A stretch of DNA of 56,048 nt from positions 1-56,048 of IMG/VR virus record IMGVR_UViG_3300020193_000026. One strand, 5' to 3'. Numbering within the stretch: the first letter of the stretch is position 1; each line of letters begins with the position of its first letter. The notes under the pieces were generated by a model, which searched no databases, was not told the DNA's origin, and was given only the letters and a program-made list of their open reading frames with translations. Positions 17,600-27,386 of the stretch are shown here, in pieces. This stretch comes from a virus (taxonomy: Duplodnaviria; Caudoviricetes). The position numbers and the translations under genes are program-made.

Positions 17600-19321
17600 A
17601 TGGCAAAGGCATATACATTTAGCGCATCAGGTGGTCTGGTTCCTGTAGACGCTCTAGAGGCTGCTACCTCGATCAATATTGCAAGTAGCGCCTTCGTGGC
17701 TAACTCGTCGGGCATCACAATGGGCTCGGACAAGGATATCACCCTCTCGGGCGGTGGTGAGATCCTGGGCCTTCCTTCTACTCCATCGGATGCAACCGCA
17801 GCTGCTTCGATGGCCTATGTCCAGTCATATGCGGACAGTGTAGCTTCGGGCCTGGATGTTAAGAAGAGCGTACATCTGGCGACTGCAGAAGCCCTCGCTG
17901 CTTGTACCTACGCAAACGGCACATCGGGTGTTGGAGCAACGTTGACATCCGATGCGAACGATTTTTTATTTGTAGATGGTATTGCCGTGGAGGTGGGCGA
18001 TCGTGTCCTCGTTAAGGATCAGGCGGCTAGTTTCGAGAACGGTATCTATGTTGTTACGGGAGGCGGCAGCTCCTTGACCGCATTCGTATTGACCCGCGCA
18101 AGTGACGCCGATACTGGTGGCGTAAGCGGCGAGTTGACCCCAGGTGCCTTCACTTTCGTGGAAGCCGGCAACGTAAACGCAGACACAGGCTGGGTTGTAA
18201 GCTCTCCCGACAGTGCTATCAACATTGGCACAACAGCCATTAGCTGGACACAATTCTCGAGCGCAGGTATTATCTCAGCGGGCGCTGGTCTTATCAAGAC
18301 CGGAAACACCATCGATGTTGTTTCAGGTAACTCGGCTATTGTGGTGAATGCCAACGATATTACCCTGTTCCTAGGACCGATGTCTGGCTTAGAGATCACT
18401 TCAGGTTTGAAGATCGATCTGGACGTCAACCCAGGTCTTGCGCTTGGTGCCGATGGTCTCAAGGTTGATGTGAATGCCCTCTCTGATGCTGCTACAGAAT
18501 TCAGCGCCGCCTCCGTCGGTATCGACTACTTCCCATTCTACGATGCGGCCAACAGTGCGACAAAGAGAGTCTCGTTCGCTCAGCTAGCCAGCGTAATGGC
18601 AGGCACCGGCATCAGCGCCTCGAACGGCATCTTTGCAGCAGCCCTGAGTGAGCTTGATTCAAAGGGTTCGCCTGATTCGTTGGATCTGATTGTTATCGTC
18701 GACGGTACTGACAGCGACAGCAAGAAGGCATCGATGACGTCGATTGCTTCCGTCCTGGCAAGCTTGCTCGACGGTTCTGGCCTTGGTGTTATGGCAGGTG
18801 AGTTGGTTGTGAATGTCGATAACAGCACAATCGAAATTGACTCGGACTCTCTTCGTTTGAAGGATGGAGGTATCACGGCTGGAAAGCTTGGGACCGGCTC
18901 TGTCACAGCAGTCAAGATGGAGCTCGTGAACAGTGTATCCAGCTTGGTATCGGCAGCAGCAGTAACCGCCCCAGAGTGCAAGGCGGTTTATCTTGTCGCT
19001 GCTTCTGGTAAGGTCAACCTGTCGGAGAACTCACAGGCTGGTGCACACGTACAGGGCCTCTTCGCCAATAGCTCAGACATTGCTGGTGCAGACGAGAATG
19101 TCGATCTCTACACAGTCGATGGTTCGTTCTTGACGATTCCTTCGGCTGCCCGGGCTGCTGCAAGCTTCACAAAGGGCGCAATTGTTTATGCGATTGCATC
19201 TGGAATCTTGACGACTGACTTCAGTGGTCAGTCAAGTGGCGACTGGCTCTGCCCAGTCGGAACTTCGGTCGACACCAACAAGCTGATCTTGCGTATTGGC
19301 TCGCCGTTCCAGAAGGCCTAA
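17600..19321 (+). CDS. Fibre-like virion protein (probable head fibre or decoration)
   Basis: 573 aa, Gly/Ser/Ala-rich. Contains the KSVHLAT..VDG..GDRVLVKDQ..NGIYVV..LTRASDAD fibre domain, AGAGL and VDNSTIEI shaft-like repeats, and a C-terminal cement-like domain. Confidence 0.65.
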   Translation: MAKAYTFSASGGLVPVDALEAATSINIASSAFVANSSGITMGSDKDITLSGGGEILGLPSTPSDATAAASMAYVQSYADSVASGLDVKKSVHLATAEALAACTYANGTSGVGATLTSDANDFLFVDGIAVEVGDRVLVKDQAASFENGIYVVTGGGSSLTAFVLTRASDADTGGVSGELTPGAFTFVEAGNVNADTGWVVSSPDSAINIGTTAISWTQFSSAGIISAGAGLIKTGNTIDVVSGNSAIVVNANDITLFLGPMSGLEITSGLKIDLDVNPGLALGADGLKVDVNALSDAATEFSAASVGIDYFPFYDAANSATKRVSFAQLASVMAGTGISASNGIFAAALSELDSKGSPDSLDLIVIVDGTDSDSKKASMTSIASVLASLLDGSGLGVMAGELVVNVDNSTIEIDSDSLRLKDGGITAGKLGTGSVTAVKMELVNSVSSLVSAAAVTAPECKAVYLVAASGKVNLSENSQAGAHVQGLFANSSDIAGADENVDLYTVDGSFLTIPSAARAAASFTKGAIVYAIASGILTTDFSGQSSGDWLCPVGTSVDTNKLILRIGSPFQKA

Positions 19322-19344
19322 TCCCTTCTAGTTGGTGGTTTTCT

Positions 19345-19377
19345 AAAAGGGGAGCTTGCGCTCCCCTTTTTCTTTTT
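19345..19377 (+). terminator. Intrinsic terminator
   Basis: AAAAGGGGAGC-TTGC-GCTCCCCTTTT followed by TCTTTTT. Confidence 0.85.
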
Positions 19378-19384
19378 CTATAAT
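19356..19384 (+). promoter_or_regulatory. Putative sigma70-type promoter embedded in the terminator
   Basis: TTGCGC-N17-TATAAT; the -35 box occupies the hairpin loop and the -10 box follows the T-tract. Confidence 0.55.
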
Positions 19385-19435
19385 CCCATCAGACCAAGTC
19401 ATTGGTGTTACTATCAAACTTGTAAGAGGATAAAC

Positions 19436-19807
19436 ATGATTGAGAAAAAGAAGATTCCGGATGCGGATATAGAGATTATTCGTAGCATGGATGAGCAATT
19501 AGAGTCTATAGCCAAGGTTCACCACAAAGTCCGCAAAGACTTCCTTCGAGCAGAGGCCGTTCTCTTGAGAGAGCACGGAACTTGTGAGCGGGAACTAAAG
19601 ACATTTGTGATCGGAGTAGGAAGGTCTCTCGATATAACAGAGGCTGACATCAAAGATTGGAAGTTGGATCTGGAGGCTGGCGAATTCATCAAGACGGCGT
19701 CAGCCCCAGAGGCTGAGCCTGAATTAGAGGTTCCTGAAGAAGTAGAGCCAGAGGTGTCGAAAGAGGAAAGGGCCCTCCAAGAAATTCGTAAGAAGTATCA
19801 GAGGTAA
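19436..19807 (+). CDS. Hypothetical acidic protein
   Basis: 123 aa with GAGGA RBS; Glu/Pro-rich C-terminus. Confidence 0.6.
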   Translation: MIEKKKIPDADIEIIRSMDEQLESIAKVHHKVRKDFLRAEAVLLREHGTCERELKTFVIGVGRSLDITEADIKDWKLDLEAGEFIKTASAPEAEPELEVPEEVEPEVSKEERALQEIRKKYQR

Positions 19808-19809
19808 GA

Positions 19810-20811
19810 ATGGAAATTTCTGCCACCAGCCCAGAGCATGAAGATGAAGGCCGCCCACTAAATACAGTCGTATCTGTCACCTTTGACGAAGAAATCGATT
19901 TGGATAGTATCAATTCAGGCGCTTTCATCGTAACGACTAGTGCCAGTAAGCTGGTGGTTGGGGGTCCCTCGTTTGAGAACCTCACCCCAGAGCCTCCGCA
20001 CAGCTACTTGACTTCGGATGTGTTTACTGGGATCGTTCAGGGGGCGATAACGACAGAGGATAATCTAACCTTCCTGTTTACCCCTGCCTCCCCCTTGTTT
20101 CCAAACGCCACTTACAAGGTGATCCTAGGAACCAAGATTCTCACCAAAACAATTGGCGCAGTCGAAGAGGGAGGCGGCAATACCTCGACTGGTGAGGTCA
20201 CCCTAAAGGGGCCCTACGTCGGAGAAAACGACACATTCGTCATCACCGTTAGGGGTAATGGCTCGTTAGGGACAGCAACATTCTCTTACCATAAGACATC
20301 AGGCGGTTTAGAATCACCAGTCATGGTGACCGACCGATTGACGGAGTTAGAGGATGGGGTGTTCGCGATCTTCAAAGCGGGGACTTTCGTCCTGGGGGAC
20401 ACCTTCACATTTAACGTATTTGAAGGGATTCCTCTCGATGAAATCTACAGCTTCACGTTCTACACAGGAGCTCCTTCTTATGTTGAAGTGAGCGACGAGA
20501 TTCCGTCATTCAAAATTGAGCAACGAGAGATCGAAGGCTTTAGGCGAATCGATAACATCCCGTCTATTGACAGTAGCGAATTCGCCCTAGTCAGCATCAT
20601 TCCGTCCGATCGAGCCTCGAATATCCCACTTGGCTTTGAAACAATCACTTTAACATTCAATAAGGATATTGACCCAGATTCAATATCTGACGCTTTTATT
20701 GAAATCCTGATGGAGAACTTGCCACTCGACGAGACCGAACAGATGTCGGTCCCGCTATCTGTCTCAAAGACCGTTAGTGGTAAGAAACTCATACTAAGAT
20801 TTCAGGGGTAA
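19810..20811 (+). CDS. Ig-like domain protein (two Big_5/SbsA-type repeats)
   Basis: ISATSPEHEDEGRPLNTVVSVTFDEEIDLDSI and VSIIPSDRASNIPL..ITLTFNKDIDPDSI. Confidence 0.65.
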   Translation: MEISATSPEHEDEGRPLNTVVSVTFDEEIDLDSINSGAFIVTTSASKLVVGGPSFENLTPEPPHSYLTSDVFTGIVQGAITTEDNLTFLFTPASPLFPNATYKVILGTKILTKTIGAVEEGGGNTSTGEVTLKGPYVGENDTFVITVRGNGSLGTATFSYHKTSGGLESPVMVTDRLTELEDGVFAIFKAGTFVLGDTFTFNVFEGIPLDEIYSFTFYTGAPSYVEVSDEIPSFKIEQREIEGFRRIDNIPSIDSSEFALVSIIPSDRASNIPLGFETITLTFNKDIDPDSISDAFIEILMENLPLDETEQMSVPLSVSKTVSGKKLILRFQG

Positions 20812-20815
20812 ATAT

Positions 20816-21385
20816 ATGGCGGCCACAATAATTATCAATGAATGGAATGGCACAGTTGGGGGACAGTCAGCAACATCAAAAGCAGGCGCTATCGTAAAGT
20901 TTAAGTCGGCAGATAATGCAGTTGTCGACAACAACAATCCCCTGATCAGACCCAACGCTGGGGTCTACAGATCCTACGAGAAATGGCTAAGATGCTATAT
21001 CGAAGACCTAGGAGATTCAGAGTCCATCTCAAATATCGAGGTCTTTACAACCGGAACCCCGAATACGGGGGTCTCGGTCTGGGTATCAACTTTTGGGAGC
21101 TACTGTAATGCTGAGGGTAATGGTGGAGCAGATCCCAACTCTCCTAGGGCCGGAGGTCGCAGTAGCGCCAACGCTATGCCACAGCCGAAAACAAACCTCT
21201 TCTTGGCGACATCTGAAAATCCAATCTCCCTAGGAGCCGGGCCCTTTGACGCCAATCAAAATGATGGAAATATAGAAGGGACTGGGATCGGTAACTACCT
21301 CGCATTGCAGATGGAAGTCCTTCCAAGCGCGACAATAGGATCTACAAGAAGCTATCAGGTGATTGTCCGATACGACGAGGAATAA
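20816..21385 (+). CDS. Hypothetical virion structural protein
   Basis: 189-aa Gly/Asn-rich, beta-type ORF in the structural module. Confidence 0.55.
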   Translation: MAATIIINEWNGTVGGQSATSKAGAIVKFKSADNAVVDNNNPLIRPNAGVYRSYEKWLRCYIEDLGDSESISNIEVFTTGTPNTGVSVWVSTFGSYCNAEGNGGADPNSPRAGGRSSANAMPQPKTNLFLATSENPISLGAGPFDANQNDGNIEGTGIGNYLALQMEVLPSATIGSTRSYQVIVRYDEE

Positions 21386-21771
21386 TGACTAAGGACAGAT
21401 TCAAATGGCACTTCACCTTTAGGACTCATCCATTAGACAAAGTCACCGTAGAAGAGGACCATCCAGACCTGGACTTTCTGAAGACACTAAACGGTTGCGA
21501 TCTTATTACGGCAACATTAGTAGACGTGGATAAATTCTCTATCTTTGACGAAGAGGAAAAGCAGATACAGTCAGTTATCCACTCTATATCGCTAGATCCA
21601 TGCAAGCTGTCTCGGGTGTTTAGAAGGGTCGAAATGAATTTAAGCACAGGAGGCAGACGTATTATTCCTGCCTTCACCTATAGAGATGAGACTGAACACT
21701 ACTGTTTTGCTTTTCCGGATGTGGTCGTCCTGACAGATAACTCAAGATTCTCGAGAGAGGCGTGGGGGTGA
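21385..21771 (+). CDS. Hypothetical protein
   Basis: 128 aa, TAATG-coupled, GAGGA RBS. Confidence 0.55.
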   Translation: MTKDRFKWHFTFRTHPLDKVTVEEDHPDLDFLKTLNGCDLITATLVDVDKFSIFDEEEKQIQSVIHSISLDPCKLSRVFRRVEMNLSTGGRRIIPAFTYRDETEHYCFAFPDVVVLTDNSRFSREAWG

Positions 21772-21772
21772 G

Positions 21773-22465
21773 ATGATTGATTTTTCCTTAGAAGCTACAA
21801 TTGCTCCTGGCAGGCCAGTCAACAACAGGATTGTCTTTATCACAGTATCTGGTGTCCGGGCAGCAGACGGGTCTTCGTTGAATGGCGCAATCACTACACA
21901 CTTTACTACGGCCTTCACTCCATTCTATTCTAATGTAATGCGAGTGCGCATAATTGCTGGTGAATTCCTAACAGACGTCCCAGACGACACTGTAAACCAG
22001 CTAGTCCATTACTTCTCCCATCAGGCAGACCTCTTGAACTTCTTACCGGAGGTCGCAGCAATAAACCGAGCGACCTATGCAAACTATCGAAGCAGATGGG
22101 TCACAGCGTCTGTTATCATTGGCCTATTGTCAGGAAGCTCGGTTAATACCATGATGCAGAAGAGGCTCGGCGACTTTATGGTTAAGAGAGATAAGGCGGC
22201 CCACGATATCTACAAAGCTCAGCTCGAAGAGCTTAAAGAGCTGACTGACATCCTACAAGACGGTGGCCACTATGGCCGTACTCTTGATACTGCGGTGAAA
22301 GGGATCAACAACCCAGATACACCAGACTTCGGCCGCCTGTGGGCCCGCCCTGAGGCCTATACAGGGCAAACAATCCCTGCCGCCAACTCGAGAGCCGTCT
22401 ACGTCAGGAGCTCTGATGGAGCTATCCAGAGACGGAGTAAGAAAGCTTTCAGGGATAGATACTAA
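21773..22465 (+). CDS. Putative head-tail adaptor (neck) protein
   Basis: 230 aa; helical core followed by KRLGDFMVK. First of three genes preceding the sheath (synteny). Confidence 0.5.
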   Translation: MIDFSLEATIAPGRPVNNRIVFITVSGVRAADGSSLNGAITTHFTTAFTPFYSNVMRVRIIAGEFLTDVPDDTVNQLVHYFSHQADLLNFLPEVAAINRATYANYRSRWVTASVIIGLLSGSSVNTMMQKRLGDFMVKRDKAAHDIYKAQLEELKELTDILQDGGHYGRTLDTAVKGINNPDTPDFGRLWARPEAYTGQTIPAANSRAVYVRSSDGAIQRRSKKAFRDRY

Positions 22466-23014
22466 ATGAGATCCTTTAAACCTTTTAAAGATACAGCAGG
22501 CCGCCTTGAACTTGATCTCCGAAAAGAACTAAACAAGTTCATGTTTGGAGCATCTGACGAGATCGGGAAGGGTGGTCTCTTTATTCTGCGGAAGACGGAC
22601 ACAAGGTCGGGAATCGTTTATCCCAACTCCGAAGCAGATCTGATTCAATGCGAGTGCAAAGACAGGCCGGAAAACGAACCAGAGATCGATTACAAGTGTG
22701 ATAAATGTGATGGAGAGGGGTACCTGTTTAAGGACATTATAGTTCCTGGGTACAAGACAAATAGATTTGAATATCAAGATGTCGAGAAATACAAGCAATG
22801 GGGAAAGCACACGATATCAATGTCCTTCTTCTATGTAGAGTACTTCGACCCCATCTCCCACTATGACAAAATCTTAGAGCCAACGATTGACTTAGAGGGT
22901 AAAATCGTAACGCCAGTAGAAATACTGCTTTCACATAATATCCATATGGCAGAGCGCTTTCGTGGTGATCATGGACGAACTGAGTACTGGAGGCTCTCGT
23001 GCTTTTCGGAGTAA
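22466..23014 (+). CDS. Putative head-closure (stopper) protein with Cys motif
   Basis: CEC...P...CDKCDGEGY motif and C-terminal RGDHGRTEYW; neck position. Confidence 0.55.
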   Translation: MRSFKPFKDTAGRLELDLRKELNKFMFGASDEIGKGGLFILRKTDTRSGIVYPNSEADLIQCECKDRPENEPEIDYKCDKCDGEGYLFKDIIVPGYKTNRFEYQDVEKYKQWGKHTISMSFFYVEYFDPISHYDKILEPTIDLEGKIVTPVEILLSHNIHMAERFRGDHGRTEYWRLSCFSE

Positions 23015-23061
23015 TTCTGAATACGGCACATTAACCCACCCAAATAGTTATTGGTAAAACA

Positions 23062-23748
23062 TTGGAAACTAAACAGATCCTTGAAGCAACAATTGATAAT
23101 TATCTGGCCCAACTAGCTAGTCAGGCCGCAGAAGAGGCTCGTAATCCGAGATTGCGAACGCCGCTACCGGCAACAGACATAGATGGATTCTTTAGACTGG
23201 TCGGACAAGCCCTCAAGCGTCAGCAAGAAATTGACGGCGCCAAAAAGGAAATCTTCTATACAGAAGAGTTCCCAGAGAAGGATGATAACATCAATGGTGA
23301 AGTTATTACTTATAGTGTAGTAAGTAGATTACCTGGCACCTACGAGAGAAAGACAGTAGGAGCTGTGATGAATGAGGGAAATATCCGTCAGCGACGTAAG
23401 TTACTGCGAGAGTCCATCATAGATCCAGATCACCCAGGCTCTAGAATCTTTACATTTGGGCAATGGTTCGATAATAGAGTCCAATTCGATATCGTGGCCC
23501 AAAATAACAAAACCGCAAATCAACGGGCTCTTTGGTTCGAAGATTTTATAGATTCATGGATGTGGTTTTTTGAGGCAAATGGCATCAATCATATAAGGTA
23601 CGAGGGACGTGGCGCAGATTTAGTCGTCGCACCAGAGAACAAAAAGATTGTCATCCGCCCCCTGATATACTATGTTCATACAGAAAAAGTAACAGTTGTT
23701 CGTGAACACACGCTTCGCAGCTTAATCGTTGCAAGTTCCCTAAGTTAA
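23062..23748 (+). CDS. Putative tail terminator / completion protein
   Basis: 228 aa, TTG start uncertain. GQWFDNRVQFDIVAQNNKTA..A..FEDFI; immediately precedes the sheath gene. Confidence 0.5.
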   Translation: METKQILEATIDNYLAQLASQAAEEARNPRLRTPLPATDIDGFFRLVGQALKRQQEIDGAKKEIFYTEEFPEKDDNINGEVITYSVVSRLPGTYERKTVGAVMNEGNIRQRRKLLRESIIDPDHPGSRIFTFGQWFDNRVQFDIVAQNNKTANQRALWFEDFIDSWMWFFEANGINHIRYEGRGADLVVAPENKKIVIRPLIYYVHTEKVTVVREHTLRSLIVASSLS

Positions 23749-23760
23749 GGAGCACTACTA

Positions 23761-26649
23761 ATGGCAGATAAGTTCCCAAATATCCCAGGTATCACAGTAG
23801 GTATCCGTGACGGCAGCCTTCGTCCAGAAGCAGCTCCGGCCGGCCCAACTGTTGTCGTACTCGGCACAGCAAAGAAGGGTCCTTCTAAGAATGCAGCAAG
23901 AACCATTTCTGGTAGCTCTGCTCTATCAAGATTCGGATTAAGTGGCACCTTAGGACGCGGCCTCGTCGAGGTCTTCCAGGGGGGAGGCGATAACGCTCTA
24001 GCGTTCCGTGTTCTCGCTACAAAGGCTAAGCTTTCACATATCGGCGACATCACAGGCGAAGGTGGCTATGTCGTAGAGACTGTAGGTGAGGGCTCTGACG
24101 CTCTCGCCAAGATCAGTGTCCTTTACGATAACGCAGACGACATCCTGAAGGTCTTTGATGTTGCTTCGAGCCAGCTTGTGTATTCGAATGACCCAAATCT
24201 TCCCGTCAACCTCGGCGTTGTTGAGGTAACGGGCGAGAAGGCCGTCGACAATCCTTCTGGTAGCATCGGAAAGGCAATCAAGCTTCGCACCGACGAGAGC
24301 CTCCAGCGTGCGACACGTTCGGGAGATGATGTCCTCACCATCGTTGCAGGCAGCAATCTGTCCCTGTTGAGATTCGACGAAACGTCGAATCCTTGCAAGG
24401 TCCAGGTTCTCAGCGGCCTGAGTGGCGCCACGAAGAAGATCGCTGTTCATTTGGCAACTGCGGCAGAATTGGCTGCTAGCGCCTACAACAACGTCGCCGG
24501 TACCCTCACAGCAAATGCTGCCGGTCAGTCAGACATCGACGGAACTGCAGTGGTGGTGAATAACAGAATCTTGGTTAAGAACCAGGCAGCTCCGGCCCAG
24601 AATGGTATCTACACTGTGACGACTGTCGGGGCACCCGGGGTTGCCCAGGTTCTGACAAGAGCTCCTGACGCTGCTGCTGCTGACGAATTCTCTGAAGGAA
24701 TGTATGTCGAGGTTACCGCCGGTGCCACGAACAGCGGAAACGGCTACTGTCTGACAACCGACGCACCAGATGACGGGTATGTCCTCGGGGTGACAGCTCT
24801 GACGTTCGCCGAAATTGACCTAGACCCAGACAACTGGCTGGTCGAAGCCAATGTGATCGCAGTCAATACTGCCAATGGTACGTTCGACATTGATAGTACC
24901 GTAAGCGCAACTTCATTCCCAGCAATCCCGCACAAGGTTCGTTTCATCAGCAGCATTAGCGGTCAACGTGCCGACAAGATCCTGCACAACAGGCTATTCC
25001 TTCTTGAGGCAGACGCAGACAATGCTGGAGTCCAGCCGCTGATTGTGCTTCCAGGTTCGGACTTCAACGGCCTTCCAAAGGTCAGCAATGATTTTGGTTT
25101 CGCTGTCGATGTTGAAGATTCGGAAGGTGTTCTGGCTCTAGAAGAGGTGTCCCCTGCAAAGATGAACATGTTCGAGGCGATGGAAGACGCCTTCTTGGCA
25201 CTGGAGGCAACTGAGTTCTCTGTCATCGTCATACCTGGCGTGTACGCAAACGATCCGGCACTCGACGGCCTGACTTCGGGCGCAACAGCACTTCCAAGTG
25301 CCGCTCTCAGCGGGATCGATAAGGTCAATACAATCGCAGGTTTTGCTGATAGAGTAGACGTAACATTCGATGTCGGCGCTCGTAATGCCGCAGTTGTCGT
25401 TCTTGAGACTGGTGGACGCGGTGCCTTCTGGGCAGTATTTAACACTCTTCAGGGGGCAGGCTTCGGTGAAAACCTTGTTGAGGGCGAGTTGGTTCGTACG
25501 GCTCGTGTCTTGAACTGGGCAGAAGATGCGGATGATGAGACTGTCCTTAGACTCTTCTTTGACCGCGATCTGGGCTTCTCTGTTGATGACAACGGTGTCG
25601 TGGTCGGAAGCAATGAGCCAGAGATGACTGTATATCAGACAGACCTTCTCTTCTACCATCGTGCAGTCGAGGTCGACGGTAAGCTTCGTCACATGTGGTA
25701 TCCTGAGACTTCAGATGAAGACGGCTTTACGTACAATGAGGTCAACTTCGCTTATCGTCTCGCTAGATTCTGTCAGGAGATGACCGAGAACGAGATTGCC
25801 ATCAACGGTGTCATCGGTGTTCGTCCTCCGACGAACCACTTCAGCTCCGCTGCTTTGGCGCAGTGGATCGGAAAGTCGCCAACCTTCTTCGAGGGAGACG
25901 TTAACGTGAATGGCACGGGTCTGTTGGGCAACAAGTTTGTCGCCGGCCTATTGATGGAGGACAACTCGCAGTTCGACCCTGGCTACAAGGCAACTGAGTC
26001 CGGAGAACTCGATGACGAAGAGATCTTGCTCGATGCCAACAACTTTGAAGTTGATATGGGCAAGTTCTTGAGCACGGTCGCAACATGGCCAATCTTGAGC
26101 AATGAGGCAGACATCTCGGGTCTAGGCTACATCAACTCTGGAGCTGCAGTCTACGCAGGCTTACTTGCCGGACTTCCTTCCTGGAGAGGCGCAACAGCTA
26201 AGTTTGTCGGTGGCCGTGGAATCCGACTCGCAATGAAGCTCGCAAAGCGTCATCAAGATTCTTTAACAAAAGCGCGCTATGTTGTGTTTGATCAGCGGCC
26301 AGAGGGTGTAATTGTAGTAGACGCACCCTCTTCTGCTCTGCCAACCTCTGACTTCACACGCAATATGACAGTGAGGTTGGTTTCTGAGGCAGTCAAGATT
26401 TGTCGCGATGTCTCTCGTCCGTTCCTTGGCGACCCACTCAGCGGGATCAAGAAGGCCGGTCTAGAGACAGCCCTTAAGAAGGGTCTGTCGGATCTGCAGA
26501 GAGCTTCTGGTGGCGCCCTCGAGGCATTCGACCTGAGCCTTACACAGACTAAACTGGATAAGATTCGCGGCACTGCAAAGTTAACCCTAACACTACAGGT
26601 CATCAATGAGCTACGTAAGATCTCTGTAGACGTTGCTCTTACTCAGTAA
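23761..26649 (+). CDS. Contractile tail sheath protein with large insertion domains
   Basis: 962 aa with AAGGAG RBS. N-terminal PGITV..VVVLGTAKKGP..FG; C-terminal RLVSEAVKICR..PFLG..ELRKISVDV, typical of sheaths. Precedes the tube gene. Confidence 0.88.
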   Translation: MADKFPNIPGITVGIRDGSLRPEAAPAGPTVVVLGTAKKGPSKNAARTISGSSALSRFGLSGTLGRGLVEVFQGGGDNALAFRVLATKAKLSHIGDITGEGGYVVETVGEGSDALAKISVLYDNADDILKVFDVASSQLVYSNDPNLPVNLGVVEVTGEKAVDNPSGSIGKAIKLRTDESLQRATRSGDDVLTIVAGSNLSLLRFDETSNPCKVQVLSGLSGATKKIAVHLATAAELAASAYNNVAGTLTANAAGQSDIDGTAVVVNNRILVKNQAAPAQNGIYTVTTVGAPGVAQVLTRAPDAAAADEFSEGMYVEVTAGATNSGNGYCLTTDAPDDGYVLGVTALTFAEIDLDPDNWLVEANVIAVNTANGTFDIDSTVSATSFPAIPHKVRFISSISGQRADKILHNRLFLLEADADNAGVQPLIVLPGSDFNGLPKVSNDFGFAVDVEDSEGVLALEEVSPAKMNMFEAMEDAFLALEATEFSVIVIPGVYANDPALDGLTSGATALPSAALSGIDKVNTIAGFADRVDVTFDVGARNAAVVVLETGGRGAFWAVFNTLQGAGFGENLVEGELVRTARVLNWAEDADDETVLRLFFDRDLGFSVDDNGVVVGSNEPEMTVYQTDLLFYHRAVEVDGKLRHMWYPETSDEDGFTYNEVNFAYRLARFCQEMTENEIAINGVIGVRPPTNHFSSAALAQWIGKSPTFFEGDVNVNGTGLLGNKFVAGLLMEDNSQFDPGYKATESGELDDEEILLDANNFEVDMGKFLSTVATWPILSNEADISGLGYINSGAAVYAGLLAGLPSWRGATAKFVGGRGIRLAMKLAKRHQDSLTKARYVVFDQRPEGVIVVDAPSSALPTSDFTRNMTVRLVSEAVKICRDVSRPFLGDPLSGIKKAGLETALKKGLSDLQRASGGALEAFDLSLTQTKLDKIRGTAKLTLTLQVINELRKISVDVALTQ

Positions 26650-26661
26650 GGAGTTTAGTCA

Positions 26662-27321
26662 ATGGCAAATTCGCAACTCAGCAGCCAGTTTATCAGATCA
26701 TACAATAGCTTCGGCGGTGTCGATATTCGTGCTGTATTTGGCAATAAGGTAATTGGCACGCTCCAGGGCATCTCCTGGAGCGTAACCCGCGAGAAGGCTC
26801 CCATCTATACGATGGGAGATCCTGACCCTCGAGCTTTCGCCAGAGGAAAGCGTGGTATCGCTGGTTCGTTGGTATTCATCCAGTTTGACCGCCATGCTCT
26901 GCTCCATGAAATGGAGTTGACAAAGTTCTGGGCAGACAAGGACAGCCTGCGCCCCGACGGTCATCTTGACCCAACCATCTCACCTCTAGACCAGAGCTCT
27001 AGTAATAAGCCAGGTGCTACGGCATTCGAGGCTGAGACAAGCTTTGGCCAGCCTGCGAACCCACGGGATGACCAGGTCTCAACTAAGCCTTGGTTCTCAG
27101 ATCAAATTCCTCCGTTCGACATCACACTTGCAGCAGCCAACGAGTATGGTGCGGCAGCAACGATGCGTATCTACGGCGTAGAGATCCTGAACGAGGGCTC
27201 GGGTGTCTCTATCGACGACATTGTCCTAGAGCATCAGATGACGTTCGTCTGTCGCACAATTGATCCATGGCGCACGCCCCATCCCCCATTCGTAGACCCT
27301 AACGATAACAGTGTTACTTGA
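26662..27321 (+). CDS. Major tail tube protein
   Basis: 219 aa directly after the sheath, strong RBS and followed by a terminator. LQGISWSVTREKAPIYTMG..RGKRGIAGSLVF..PPFDI..ANEYG. Confidence 0.8.
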   Translation: MANSQLSSQFIRSYNSFGGVDIRAVFGNKVIGTLQGISWSVTREKAPIYTMGDPDPRAFARGKRGIAGSLVFIQFDRHALLHEMELTKFWADKDSLRPDGHLDPTISPLDQSSSNKPGATAFEAETSFGQPANPRDDQVSTKPWFSDQIPPFDITLAAANEYGAAATMRIYGVEILNEGSGVSIDDIVLEHQMTFVCRTIDPWRTPHPPFVDPNDNSVT

Positions 27322-27346
27322 CATATAAAAGGATCTTCTGTAATTG

Positions 27347-27386
27347 AAAGGGTGGGTTCCGTCAGGGAACTCACCCTTTTTCTTTT
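27347..27386 (+). terminator. Intrinsic terminator after the tube gene
   Basis: AAAGGGTGGGTTCC-GTCAG-GGAACTCACCCTTT followed by TTCTTTT. Confidence 0.85.

Noticed and set aside
27318-27346. Perfect TTGACA overlapping the tube stop codon
   Set aside because: The best -10 candidate (TGTAAT) is only 15 bp away and a strong terminator follows immediately; not supportable as a promoter.
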